64,000 bases of DNA from Octopus vulgaris (Eukaryota): the NCBI GenBank assembly GCA_951406725.2, contig OX597816.1:48112001-48176000 (forward strand), read 5' to 3'. Numbering within the stretch: the stretch's first letter is position 1; every line of letters begins with the position of its first letter. Position numbers and translations under genes: made by a program. This document shows, piece by piece, positions 52,096-64,000 of the stretch. The notes under the pieces were generated by a model. That model was not told the origin of the DNA, made no database searches, and worked only from the letters and a program-made list of their open reading frames with translations.

Positions 52096-52280
52096 CAGAA
52101 ATCCCTTGCCATATCACGGTTCACCTATCACAGTTTATTATTTAAGCTGACATTGATTCCTCTGCGGTGTTGTTTTGCATTGAAAATAAAATAAATATAT
52201 ACAAATTATACACTTGGCAGATTCTCACCTATTGCGGGGTGTTATGGAACATAACACCTGAAATACTCAAGGGAAAACTG
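52096..52280. mobile_element. Tigger/pogo-like MITE
   Basis: TA|CAGAAATCCCTTG...CAAGGGAAAACTG|TA. Confidence 0.6.
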
Positions 52281-52464
52281 TATACTAAAAGGTTTTTGCA
52301 TAAAATTATACTGAAAAGTTTTAATTTAAATGTGAATACTCTAAAACTAGGCAGAGTATCAGAGAGTTGATTGCCAATGTGTTCAATATACAATATGATT
52401 ATTCATATACATATTGTATATATTTATTATATATATATATATTTATATATATATTATATATATT

Positions 52465-52498
<34 letters not shown>

Positions 52499-53516
52499 CA
52501 TCTTTATGGAATTGTTCTGTGAGCAACCCATTCTCTGCTGAAAGTCCTTAAGGAGAGAGAATTAAGTGTCACAATAGAATATTTACAACAGCTGTGGAAA
52601 TATCCTGCTGAATATGTCAGCTATGAAGGCTTTTGTGAAGAAAGAAAGAAAGAAAGGACAGGATGAAGGAAAGAAAGAAGGAAAGAAATAAACGGTGCTT
52701 TATTTACTTAAGTTCATTCTTAGGTTTGTTTCATTTACAATGTAGTAATGTGATAGGGGACCAGGAATGAGGAATGTGGGAGCAATCTATTAAAGGTCGG
52801 AAAAAAAAAAAAAAGGGAAAGTGATGTGTTGAACAAGATTGTATTAATGATTGTTGCCATTGAAATGATTGTTGTAACATAGAAAAAAAAAAATGCATTA
52901 TTGAATATGGTTGGCTGAGTATAATTGGATTTCAGCATTTCATCAAGGTCAAACATAATAAAGACTCAAGGAAATTAGTTATTGAGAGGTATCAAGATTT
53001 CTATTTAGAAAATACTCCTCAGGTTGTGTAATCAATGTTTAGAATAAACTTAACAAACAAAAAAAACAAAAAAAAAACAATTCGGTTCTTCAAAAAAAGC
53101 AAAAATATTCGAAAAGCAAGTCAAAGCAAAAAAAATTAGAGCATATTTTTCCTATGATAAGAAATAGTTTTTTATTTTTTTTTTTTGTCCTGTTTCTTTT
53201 TAAGAATAATAAAGAAATACAATGTTAATAATGTAGTATTTTAATCAAATGTTAATTTGGTCTGGCTGATTTTTTATTTTTTCCTCTCTTTTTAAAGTTT
53301 GCGTTTATGGTTGCTCAGATTTTCAATCTTTTCAAGCACAATACTTTTTAGATGTTTAACAGTTGATTGCTTTTCTTAATGTTAATCTTCCCATTGTAGA
53401 TTGCAAGCTCAGCTCTCATATCCTAATTGGTTAAAATGTATATTTTCTTTCACACATACATAACCTAACTTGTATACACATTCCTTTTTCTCTTTCTTAA
53501 CATATCTCATCATACT

Positions 53517-53580
<64 letters not shown>

Positions 53581-53691
53581 CGTGTGTGTGTGTGTATATA
53601 TATATATTTTTTTTTTATTGTTTGTGGTTGGTACTTTTTTCTTGCACTCTTCAAGTTTCACATTGTGAAACTCAGTGTAGCAGCTTCTGTA

Positions 53692-54260
53692 TTCAGTCAT
53701 TTGACTGTGGCCATGCTGGACCACCGCCTTTAGTCGAGCAAATCGACCCCAGGACTTATTTTTGTAAGCCTAGTACTTATTCTGTCGGGCAAGCACAAAC
53801 ATACACACACATACACACATACACACACACATACATATATACGATGGGCTTCTTTCAGTTTCCGTCTACCAAATCCACTCACAAGGCTTTGGTCGGCCTG
53901 AGACTATAGTAGAAGACACTTGCCCAAGGTGGTGCCACACAGTTGGACTGAACCCGGAACCATGTGGTTGGTAAGCAAGCTACTTACCACACAGCCACTC
54001 CTGTGCCTATATACAATAAACAAATACACTCCATAACATATATTGAGTACTTATTCCCTGGGTTGAAAAAAAAAAAAACTAACAAAAATGCACACATACA
54101 TGTATGACAGGTTTCTTTAAGTTTCTGTCTACCAAATCCACTCACAAAGCTTCGGTCAGCCCAGGAGCTATAGTAGGAGACACTTGCCCAAGGAACTACG
54201 CATTGACATTGAAATAACAGCATTGGGAAACACATCTTAACCATACTGCAATGTTTGCCT
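53692..54260 (-). mobile_element. Two family-A SINEs (53692-54008 young; 54100-54260 partial)
   Basis: Match to 17094-17487. Confidence 0.85.
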
Positions 54261-54335
54261 GTGTGTGTATATATGTATATGTTTATATATATATATATGT
54301 ATATAGCTTTTAGTGGAGTAGTGTCTGCTTGTGTA

Positions 54336-54371
<36 letters not shown>

Positions 54372-54499
54372 TGTATATATATATGTATATATAATATGGT
54401 GTTTTGTACATTTTGTACTTTGAATATATTTTTTATTGTGATTTTGATAGTGAGATTAACTTTCAAATAAAAAACAAAAAATGGAACCAAATATTGCTA

Positions 54500-54538
<39 letters not shown>

Positions 54539-55267
54539 TGTCATTTTTGATAACATGTATCTAAAGTAACAAATATGACTAAGATATATTGAGGTGGATG
54601 AAAAGCTAGAATTGGAAAGATTTATGTTATAAGACAAAGTAATACAGATAGGCAGATAGATACATAGCTAAACTTTAAATATAAAAAATATGGTAGGTCG
54701 ATGGCATTAGAGTAGGAGATGGTGTAGCAGAAATCAAAAGAGAGAAAGAAGGGAGGAGAGAGAGAAACTGCAATCTTTAATGTTTGGTAATGGTTTGAAA
54801 GGAATTAGTTTTGTGACAAGCTTGGTTTTTACTTATATATGTGGCCATAATATAATATTTGTTGAGAACATTTTTCAAAAGTGGGGGATTTTACTGAAAT
54901 TCCTCTGCAGAAAAATGAATTAAATAAAGTCCAGGCTTTTCGAATTTAAAAAATGTACTGACTATAAAAGTTTTAAAAAACATACAGAAATGGTAAAAGT
55001 AAGTGAAATGTGCAAGTCTGGTGTTATTGGTGGGATAACATCTGGCTGAATGGTTTAAGTGCAACACATATGTTTTCATTGATGCTGTGATAATGATCTG
55101 AACTTATATGCGTAAGGGGCATTGATAGATACACTATCCCAAATATGACAAGACAGATGTAATCTCTCAATGTTGTATGCTGTCAATGTATGTATGTGTA
55201 TGTTCACAGCAGATTTTTGTTACAAATATTCTTGAATATAAAATACAGGCTATCAAATATGTTGTTG

Positions 55268-55315
<48 letters not shown>

Positions 55316-55559
55316 TTGGATATGTGTAGTTGTGTATGCATAGATATATATATGTGCGTGTGTCTGTGTGTGTGTGTGTAGATAGTCATCTTCAATATAA
55401 TGTCCACTTTTCCATGCTTGCATGGGTTAAAGGAAACTTTGTTGAAACCGGTTTTTCTGCAGCAAGATTCTCTTTCTGTCATCATATATTTATTTGTGCA
55501 TTCACATATATATATGTATGTATGTATCTACATACACACACGTACATATGCAAACACAC

Positions 55560-56110
55560 CCATCTGTCATCATTCATGCAGATCGCATACCCATAACAGC
55601 GCCGTCTTCTCTCTTGTATGCCACATGTCCTTCCTCTTATAAACAGCTTTTCTTTCACCTCATTTGTATTGCCATTCATGCACCTTAACTTTACATATCT
55701 AGTGAAGCCCTCTTGTTTAATTCTTTCCGGCTTTCACATGTCCTCTGTATTCAGTATTTGCATCTTACTACCATTCAGGATCACACTTTGCGTATAGGCA
55801 TCATACAACCTGCCTTTCATTCAGAGGGAGAATTCCTTTGTTGTCAGCAGAGATTATTGCTCTCTGAACTTTTTGAAGCTTGTTCTTATTCAGGCTGTTT
55901 ATGCTTCTGGAACATCTTCACTGCTAAATTGATCACCTAGGAAACAGAAGCTACCAAATATTTTGAGGGACCTGTCAGAATATTTGACAGAATCTTTCAT
56001 GTATGTTCCTGTTGCATTCAGCTCCCAAGCATATAAAGTCTATCTTTCCCCTTAATCTCTGATTCCTTTACACCTCTTGTGTATTCATAGTTTACACAGG
56101 GTATATAGGA
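55560..56110 (-). pseudogene. Decayed RTE C-terminal remnant
   Basis: KEKLFIRGRTCGIQERRRRCYG resembles [22 protein letters not shown]. Confidence 0.65.
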
Positions 56111-57879
56111 TAGTGTTACCACCTACCGGTAAAATTTCCTCTTATTTTTATTTTCCTAAAATTTTCGTTGCATCTTGCAACCTTTTCAATAGTCTATTTT
56201 CTGCTTATGAAATATGACCAGTTCCTTGATTATAGGTTTGGGTTCAGTCCCACTGTATGACATTGGGCAACTGTTTCTTGGCCTGGACTGACCAAAGCTT
56301 TGTGAGTGGAATTAGTAGGTGGAAAATATATGTATGTGCTTTTGTACAAGTGTAATTTCTTTTAGTTGTATGAAAGTTACAGAGGGAAGTGTTGTTGTGG
56401 CCAGTTCTCTTGTTGACATATTGTCTGATCACTTTGTGCCTTTAAAATCATGTGGAAAGAGATCTTTTATTTGAAAAGAAGCAGGTAAGGATTAGCATCA
56501 GGAAAGGCATTCAACTGTAAAATAATAACAGTGCTTCAAATAACATTTGTTTAACCCATGGAAGCATGGAAATATGGATATGACATGAATGAGCATATAT
56601 TGATACAGTGTATGTATATATATATATTTATATGAAATACATTTTATATATATATATATATGAAATACATTTTTTATATATATACATATATATTATATAT
56701 GAAATACATTATATATGAATATTATGATATACATTCACAAAGTTTCCCTATACTTCAACAAGCAACCCTTCACTAATATCTGCTGAAAGATGAATGAATC
56801 CTGAAAAGTTGTTAAACATTATAGATATATAGAAATATATAGAAATATGTAATATTATATATATGATGTGATATATATATACATGTAATATTTATATATA
56901 TGTGTAATATATATATCTAATGATAACATTATATATATGTTATATTTTATATATATATGTATATATATGTATATGTATATACATATATATACATATAGTA
57001 TATTTTATATTATATGTTATATAAAGGTGCCTTAAATATCTCTGGCATGAAAAAAAATCAATAGAAAACAAAGAAAACACTGTCCTTAGAAATTCCAGTT
57101 TTAATGGTAAATTAAGTCTTGAATATATTCTCCATTGTTGGTTATACATTTCTTTTAGTGTTCATGCTTACTATAAAATGCACATGTAAAGGAAATCTTC
57201 CTTTTTGGATGTGTAATCACGTTTCCATATTACTCTTAAAATTCTTTACTCTTAAGGCGGCTCTTTAAACTTTCTTTTGAGCTGTGGAAAGAGACGAACA
57301 TCATAAATTACTTAACCAGGATTATATGGAAGCATCAGAAGACTTTGGAAGTAATTTTTAAGTAATGGATTCTGTGCAAATATAACTGACTGCTCTGAGC
57401 ATGTGAATGATCATGGTGTAACAAAAAGAATTTGACTTGATAATTTATTTTTGTCATTTTTGTTGAATTCCTCCCCTACTTTGAATCATTAATTACTGTC
57501 ACACAATCTTGACCTGTCATAATTATTTTTTTTTTTACCTGCATTTAGGTAATCGGTGCAAATGAACCAACCTTTTAAGGACTGTCAAAACTCCTGCTAT
57601 CACTTTGATCAGAATGGCTTTGTCATTATTTGTTTGATGGCGAGTGGAGATTCTTTAACTTGGTACTCTATTAACTGCTGTTTGCTGACTGGCTTATGAC
57701 TGTAATGCCATGTCTTGTTGCAGGTAACAATTATAGAGAAAAAAAGTTTTTGCATTGGTATCAAAATTATTAATGAAATTGTTGTACAGCAACTTGTTTT
57801 TGCTTATGAACATTTTTTAGAAGTTGAGAAACCCATTTATCAGTGATATTACTAATATTCAGATGTTAAAGTGTTAGTT

Positions 57880-58199
57880 TTATTCATTTATTTATGTGCC
57901 CTTTTCAAGCCTATCCAGGCTCATGGGCCCGGTTTCCCGGTTTCTGTGGTGTATGTTTTCCCCCAGCTGGACGGGATGCCAGTCCATTGCAGCGTTACTC
58001 AAGAAACAGGAAGAAAGAGTGAGAGAAAGTTGGGGCGAAAGAGTACAACAGGGGTCGCCACCACCCCTTGCCAGAGCCTCGTGGAGCTTTTAGGTGTTTT
58101 CGCTCAATAAATACACACAACGCTCGGGCTAGGGATCGAAACCATGATCCTCTGACCGTGAGTTCACAGCCCTAACCAATTGGGCCATTGTGCCTCCAC
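57880..58199 (-). mobile_element. SINE family C, full-length
   Basis: tRNA-like head with B-box-like GGTTTCGATCCC; tail shared with 46116-46232. Confidence 0.8.
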
Positions 58200-58743
58200 A
58201 AAAGTGTTAGTGCGTTTTCTTAATGTTTGGTTGTGGGTTGAAAGGAATTAGTTTCATGACAGGTTTATGTTTTACTTTTATATGTGGACATATCATGAGA
58301 TTTGCTGAGAATGTTTTCAAGAGTGAGGATGATGTTCATTCATTCATTCATTCATTCATTCATTCATTCAGTCTATGTTCATTTTTCTATGCTAATATGG
58401 TTGGGTGAATGTATATGATTCAGGCATTGATTTACTGTGGAATGCTCTTCCTGTCACTAACCCTTGTCTTTAAAAACACAGATCTCAAGGGAAATTTGTT
58501 TACAGAGTATGTCGACAAACTTCATCATTTTTCATGCAACGCTTTCATGCTAAGATGCAGAATATAAACATAAACACAGGGATACATACATACATATGCA
58601 CATAGACATATACATGCACACATGTATGCACATACATATGTGTATATGTATATAAAATGGGCTTCCATACAGTTTCCATTTACCAATATGTATGTATATA
58701 AGGTACATCTTAGAAAAGTAGAATAATATGCAAAAATTGAATA

Positions 58744-60153
58744 TTTACTTTCAGTTAAGTTAGAATATCAAAATTTTAATTATATTAGACTCTCTAAGAA
58801 TATCAAAATTTTAATTATATTAGACTCTCTAAATCTAAACTGATCTATTCTCAGAATTTTGCTGATATAAGCTAACATTCAAGGTTTCTATTCATTGATC
58901 ATTAAAAGTCCAGTATCTTGAGATATTAAAAGCTAATACTGAATATCCAAAATATATCATTTCAACAGAGTAAGTTGGTCAAAAATTGAAAGCTGAATGT
59001 GATATGGAATATCAGTTAGTACTTGGTTGGAGATGCTTTAGCTTCAGTGACTACCTGAATATGTCTTAGCAAAGTGGACATCAACCTATGGAGACCCAAA
59101 TAATTTTGATAGCAACCTTCTGGTATGCAAGTTGATGATCTTGGCAACTGCATTTGTCTCTTTGCATTTCAGGTCAGTTGAGTTATTTGGTCATGGCAGC
59201 ATGTTGATGTGATGATTAGCAAATGAGGCTAGGATTGTTTTTGGTACTTTGTGCAGCTGTCAAGTCCTATTGGTACAAAAATTCCGTATCACTAAATAGC
59301 TGGTTGGTTGACGAAAGCATGAAGTGCTCTATGATCTGTTGGTTGCATTGTAGCACTGAGGAAACACATAGGTCCAATAACTTTATAACGAAATGGTACC
59401 TCAAACTATTATAGAACTTGATATTGGATGTGAAACAGCTATGGTTGTGTACCTCTTCACCTCCCTTTCCAAATTCTGCAACCTTTGTTTTATATTGAGA
59501 TACTAACTTGCTTTCATTAGAAAAAAAAATACTTTGGACCATTGCTCAGTTGTCCACTCCTATTTCTCTTAAGTGCAAGTCAACCACTCGTGATGCTATC
59601 TGTGGTTGAGAAGAGGGTGGTTGTTGCCTACTTGATTGTTGTAATCTCATTGCTTGAAGCTGTTTACACACCGTAGCCTGTAATGCACTAACTCCTACCC
59701 CTGTTAATTTTTTTGCTGCTTTTTTTATAGATCTCTCCCATATTGCTAAACTGACTCTTTACTTTCAGTTAAGTTAGAATATCAAAATTTTAATTATATT
59801 ATGCTCACTAAGAATATCAGAATTTTAATTATATTAGACTCTCTAAATCTAAACTGATCTATTCTCAGAATTTTGCTGATATAAGCTAACATTCAAGGTT
59901 TCTATTCATTAATCATTAAAAGTCCAGTATCTTGAGATATTAAAAGTTAATATCTGAACATCCAAAATATATCATTACAACAGAGTAAGTTGGTCAAAAA
60001 TCGAAAGCTGAATGTGGATATGGAATATCAGTTAGTACTTGGTTGAAGCTGTTTGTACACCGTAGCCTATAATGCACTAACTCCTACCCCTGTTCATTTT
60101 TTTGCTGTTCTTTTTTTTTATGGATCTCTCCCATATTGTTAAACTGACTCTTT
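58744..60153. repeat. Local complex duplication A..B-A'-B'
   Basis: A 58744-59029 ~ A' 59758-60045; B 59654-59760 ~ B' 60043-60153. Confidence 0.9.
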
Positions 60154-61208
60154 CCTATGGTTTCCTTGCAACTATAATTATCTCTCTTGCTGGCAAGTCT
60201 CTTTCAGTTACACCTTGTTCATTCAAACTATGTACTAGCAACAATCTGAATGTATTAACTGATCTTTGCCCAGACAGTACATAAAGTTGATTTGTTAATG
60301 CATTCGTTTTTTTATTGCCTACACTCATTTCATACTTTTACTGCTATTTTCTCACCCTCATCTTATATATTCTGAGTGTTATCAAATTCCTTTAGCTGAA
60401 AACCTCTTTCTTCTCAGATCAAGAGTTAGTTCAGAAAGAACAGATTCCTCTTCACCCCACACCACAAAAGCTGATCCAAACCCAGGAATTTCACTATATA
60501 TTATTGCCAACACAGACCACCACAAGTTTCCTCAAACTTTGTTTTTTTATGTGTATATGTATGTATATGTGTGTGTGTGTGTTCTAATAGTTACCTAATG
60601 TTGCCCAGGTGCCAAGTATCTAGTGGCCATTTTCTTTTTTGCTGAACTTAAATGACTTAACATATAGTTTTAGTACGATACAGTGTAGTTATTTTGTAGG
60701 TATATATGAATTAGTAATTGAAAGATTACTTGGAAATGAAGAAGACAATACAATGCTTTCATTATTGTATACTATATTATTTCTTGTTAGTGCTTTCATG
60801 AGAATGCCTTTAGTTTGTATTTCTGAAGAATTTCATGAATCAAAAAATAAATAAATAAAAAAATTAAAAAAAAGAGAGAGAGAGAAGGTGAGAGAAAAAT
60901 GCAACTATTTTAATTAAGTTATTAACATATAGCATTGCCTGGTTTGCCAAATATGTGGAAACAGTTTATGTATGTGTTTTTTTTTTTTTTTGCTCTTGTT
61001 AAACTTACATAGTAAATTTTTATAGGTAATGGTTCAGTGAGAAACAAGGAAATAAAATCTGATATGTAATGAAGCATTAGTTGAAAACATACAAATTGAA
61101 AGACTTTTTATATGTAATAATGTCTATCAACAGTTTTGTTGTTATGGTGACAGTTTGTTGAATTCAACAGTACATTAGTACGTATGAAGTGTGTGTGTCT
61201 CTGGTTGA

Positions 61209-61259
<51 letters not shown>

Positions 61260-61808
61260 TGTGTGCCAATTAAGCCATGAAAATGACATGAAAGACATGA
61301 TAAAATATGATAAAAAATTCTGTTATTAGTTTCATACTAAAGCAAAGATAGAAATAGAAATATTTTAATGTTTTGGTTGTAAGCTTGACCTCTATGTCCT
61401 GAGACCTGGTATATGAAACCTGGTATCCACCTTCTCTGATATATGATATGTCCTTGTTCATGCAGCTGCAATATCGTACGATAATTAGGTCTATTATGTA
61501 AGGGAATACGTTTCTTAATTCTTTGAAATAACCAAAGTATCTATCAACCCCCCCCCCCCCAAACTAACAAACTGGTGTTGGGTTATATCATGCAAGTATT
61601 GGTTAGATTTACATTGAGCTGTATGGCAGAGCTAGTATTTGTTTCTGAAAGAGAAATGACATCACTTCTTGTTGAGCAATTTTCAGAATAGTGCAAATGT
61701 AAACAAACTCATAGGCGTGCACACATGTTTCTTTCAGTTTCTGTCCACCAGATCTACTCACAAAGCTTTGGTTGCCCTGGAATATAGTAGAATACACTTG
61801 GCCAAGGT

Positions 61809-62200
61809 ATTTAGGGCGGCGAGCTGTCAGAGACATTAGCACGCTGGGCGAAATGCTTAGCAGTATTTCGTCTGCTGTTACGTTCTGGGTTCATCCTTTC
61901 GGGGTTGATAAATTAAGTACCAGTTACGCACTGGGGTTGACGTAATCAACTTAATTCCTTTGTCTGTCCTTGTTTGTCCTCTCTATGTTTAGCCTCTTAT
62001 GTGTTATAAAGAAACAGGTATTTCGCCCGTCACTACGTTCTGAGTTCAAATTCCGCTGAGGTCGACTTTGCCTTTCATCCTTTCGAGGTTGATAAATTAA
62101 GTACCAGTTACGCACTGGGGTTGATGTAATCAACTTAATTCCTTTGTCTGTCCTTGTTTGTCCCCTCTATGTTTAGCCCCTTGTGGGCAATAAACAAATA
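61809..62200 (+). mobile_element. Partly duplicated family-B SINE inserted into a minus-strand family-A SINE (61728-62290)
   Basis: ~20-bp TSD AGAATA(C/T)ACTTGGCCAAGGT ending at 61808 and at 62201-62220. Confidence 0.85.
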
Positions 62201-62439
62201 AGAATATACTTGGCCAAGGTTTTGCATGGTGGGACTGAACCTTAAACTACATGGCTTGTGAAATGAACTTCTCAACCACCCTGCCATGTCAGTGAACACA
62301 CACACACACATATACGTGTATGTGTATTTTTAAATACATGCAAGAGGATGAGAGTCATGAGGTGTTCTGGATTGCTCAATGATATTGCCAAAAGCAGGTG
62401 GGCATCAGAGACAGATACTGACATACTAAAATTATCTAA

Positions 62440-62800
62440 TCTCTCACAGCCAATCAGGTAATTCAGGAGAGTATCATACCAAATAACTGGCCTTGAAATA
62501 TAACCATCAACTGCTGCAAGGGTAAAGGAGATATTCTTAAAAAAAAGTACAGAAGCAGCAAATTGATGGACAAAGTCATGAAAGTAAGAGAAATAATTAG
62601 AGTGCAACTAATTAAGAAGGGACTTCGTTTAGATGAGGCAGACTCCACTCTGGGTTTGTGTACCAGGACAGTGTCCTAGTGATAACTTCTTACTAGTGAT
62701 ACATGTGAAGTCCCTTAATCATTAAGCAACTTACCAACATATAATGCTTTGTAGTCTGGAGGATGTTAAAAAAAACCCCCAAAAAACATCAATATGACAT
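62440..62800 (+). pseudogene. Decayed RTE RT remnant
   Basis: NQVIQESIIPNNW..INCCKGKGD..KLMDKVMKV matches 25627-25764. Confidence 0.7.
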
Positions 62801-63339
62801 ACTTACTGTATGTGCATTGTGGAACTGGAGTACTTCATCCAGGGGAGACAGACACCTTTTGAAGACAATTTTAAAAGACATGAAGACAGTGACATATTGA
62901 TATTTAACAGTCATTTCTGCTCTTTAGTGCTACACACCAGAACGGCCTGTCTCTGCCAGCTAGAAGTATGTATACAGAAGAAAAGAGAAAAAAATTTAAG
63001 ATAGAGAGTTTGTGAGAGCTGTATAAGCTATGTACACAGGTGCTGTCAGCCAGATGAGCATTAGAAATGAGATAAGCTAAGAATTTAAGGTGCAGGCAGA
63101 TGTCTATCAGGGATCAATTCTCATTGTCTTGCCATTTATTATAATTCCTCTGGCTATAACTGAGACTAGTTGTCGATGAGAGCTTTTATAAAGCTTGATG
63201 ATCTGCTTTTAATAGCTAAATATGTCATACATGGAAACAGAGGCTAGAAATGGGATGTCTTAATGTTTTAGTCAACAGGAAAGCAGCCAAGATTCTATCT
63301 GCTTGCAGTGAGGAGGTGCAATGATACATATGCAGAAAA

Positions 63340-63728
63340 GTGCAGGTGTGGCTGTGTGGTAAGAAGTTTGCTTCCCAACCACGCTGTTCCGGGTTCAGTC
63401 TCATTGTGTGGTGCAGTGGGCAACCAAAGCCTTGTGAGTGGATTTGGTACTTAGAAAGTGAAAGAAGTCTTTTGTCTCTGTATGTGTGTGTGTGGATGGG
63501 TGGGTGGGTATCTATGTGTGTTTTTGGTACTTGTCCTCAACCACTGCTTGACAACCGGTGTTGGTTTGTTTACATCCCTGTAACTTAGCAGTACAGCAAA
63601 AAGAGACCAACGGAGGTACTTGGCTTAGGAAAATAAAAAAAATACTGGGGTCAGTTTGTTTGACAAAACACTTCAAGGCAGTGCTCTGGCATGACTGCAG
63701 TCTAATGACTGAAACAAATAAAAGAAAA
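63340..63728 (+). mobile_element. SINE family A
   Basis: Head, internal TG tract and tail match 35563-36047. Confidence 0.8.
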
Positions 63729-64000
63729 AAGCGAAAAGGAATCGGTAGGAATTCTGTATTGAGTATGAATGCAATAGAGACATTGTGGATCACAGACAGG
63801 CTGACAGGAAAGAAAGTATTGGTATGCAACAGATGCATGTATTAATTACAATGCATATATATATATATAATTCATTAGATATTTGCATATTTATTCATTT
63901 TTCTTTATTAGTCTACTGATGGTATACTTTATTGTGAACTACTACTATCATTTTCCACACTCAATATATATATCCAGTAATGGCAAAAAAAGCAAAACAA

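Overview
AT-rich, CpG-depleted, microsatellite-dense eukaryotic DNA. The repeat content (tRNA/CORE-type SINEs, RTE LINEs with (GAT)n tails, AT/AC microsatellites) points to an Octopus/coleoid cephalopod genome; this is inference. Almost all ORF-track entries are microsatellite artefacts. The only long, recognisable coding sequence is a young, 5'-truncated RTE LINE (~25603-29473). Its RT frame carries an embedded PHD finger and a single TGA at a probable Trp codon, and its 3'UTR is amplified into six higher-order repeats built of stem-loop modules. The rest is nested TE debris: RTE remnants, three SINE families, mariner and maT transposase relics, hAT, piggyBac-like and Tigger-like MITEs, and Helitrons. 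This probably lies in long intron(s), with a few weak candidate exons; no host gene was identified. Best leads: two copies of a U3-A8 variant minimal hammerhead-like motif with covarying stem II, the RTE 3'UTR array, a CpG-retaining island at ~19.2-19.75 kb (C/D snoRNA-like and/or promoter-like), an antisense exon encoding a myristoylation-type N-terminus, and locally templated insertions. Coordinates were counted by eye; boundaries of decayed repeats are approximate.
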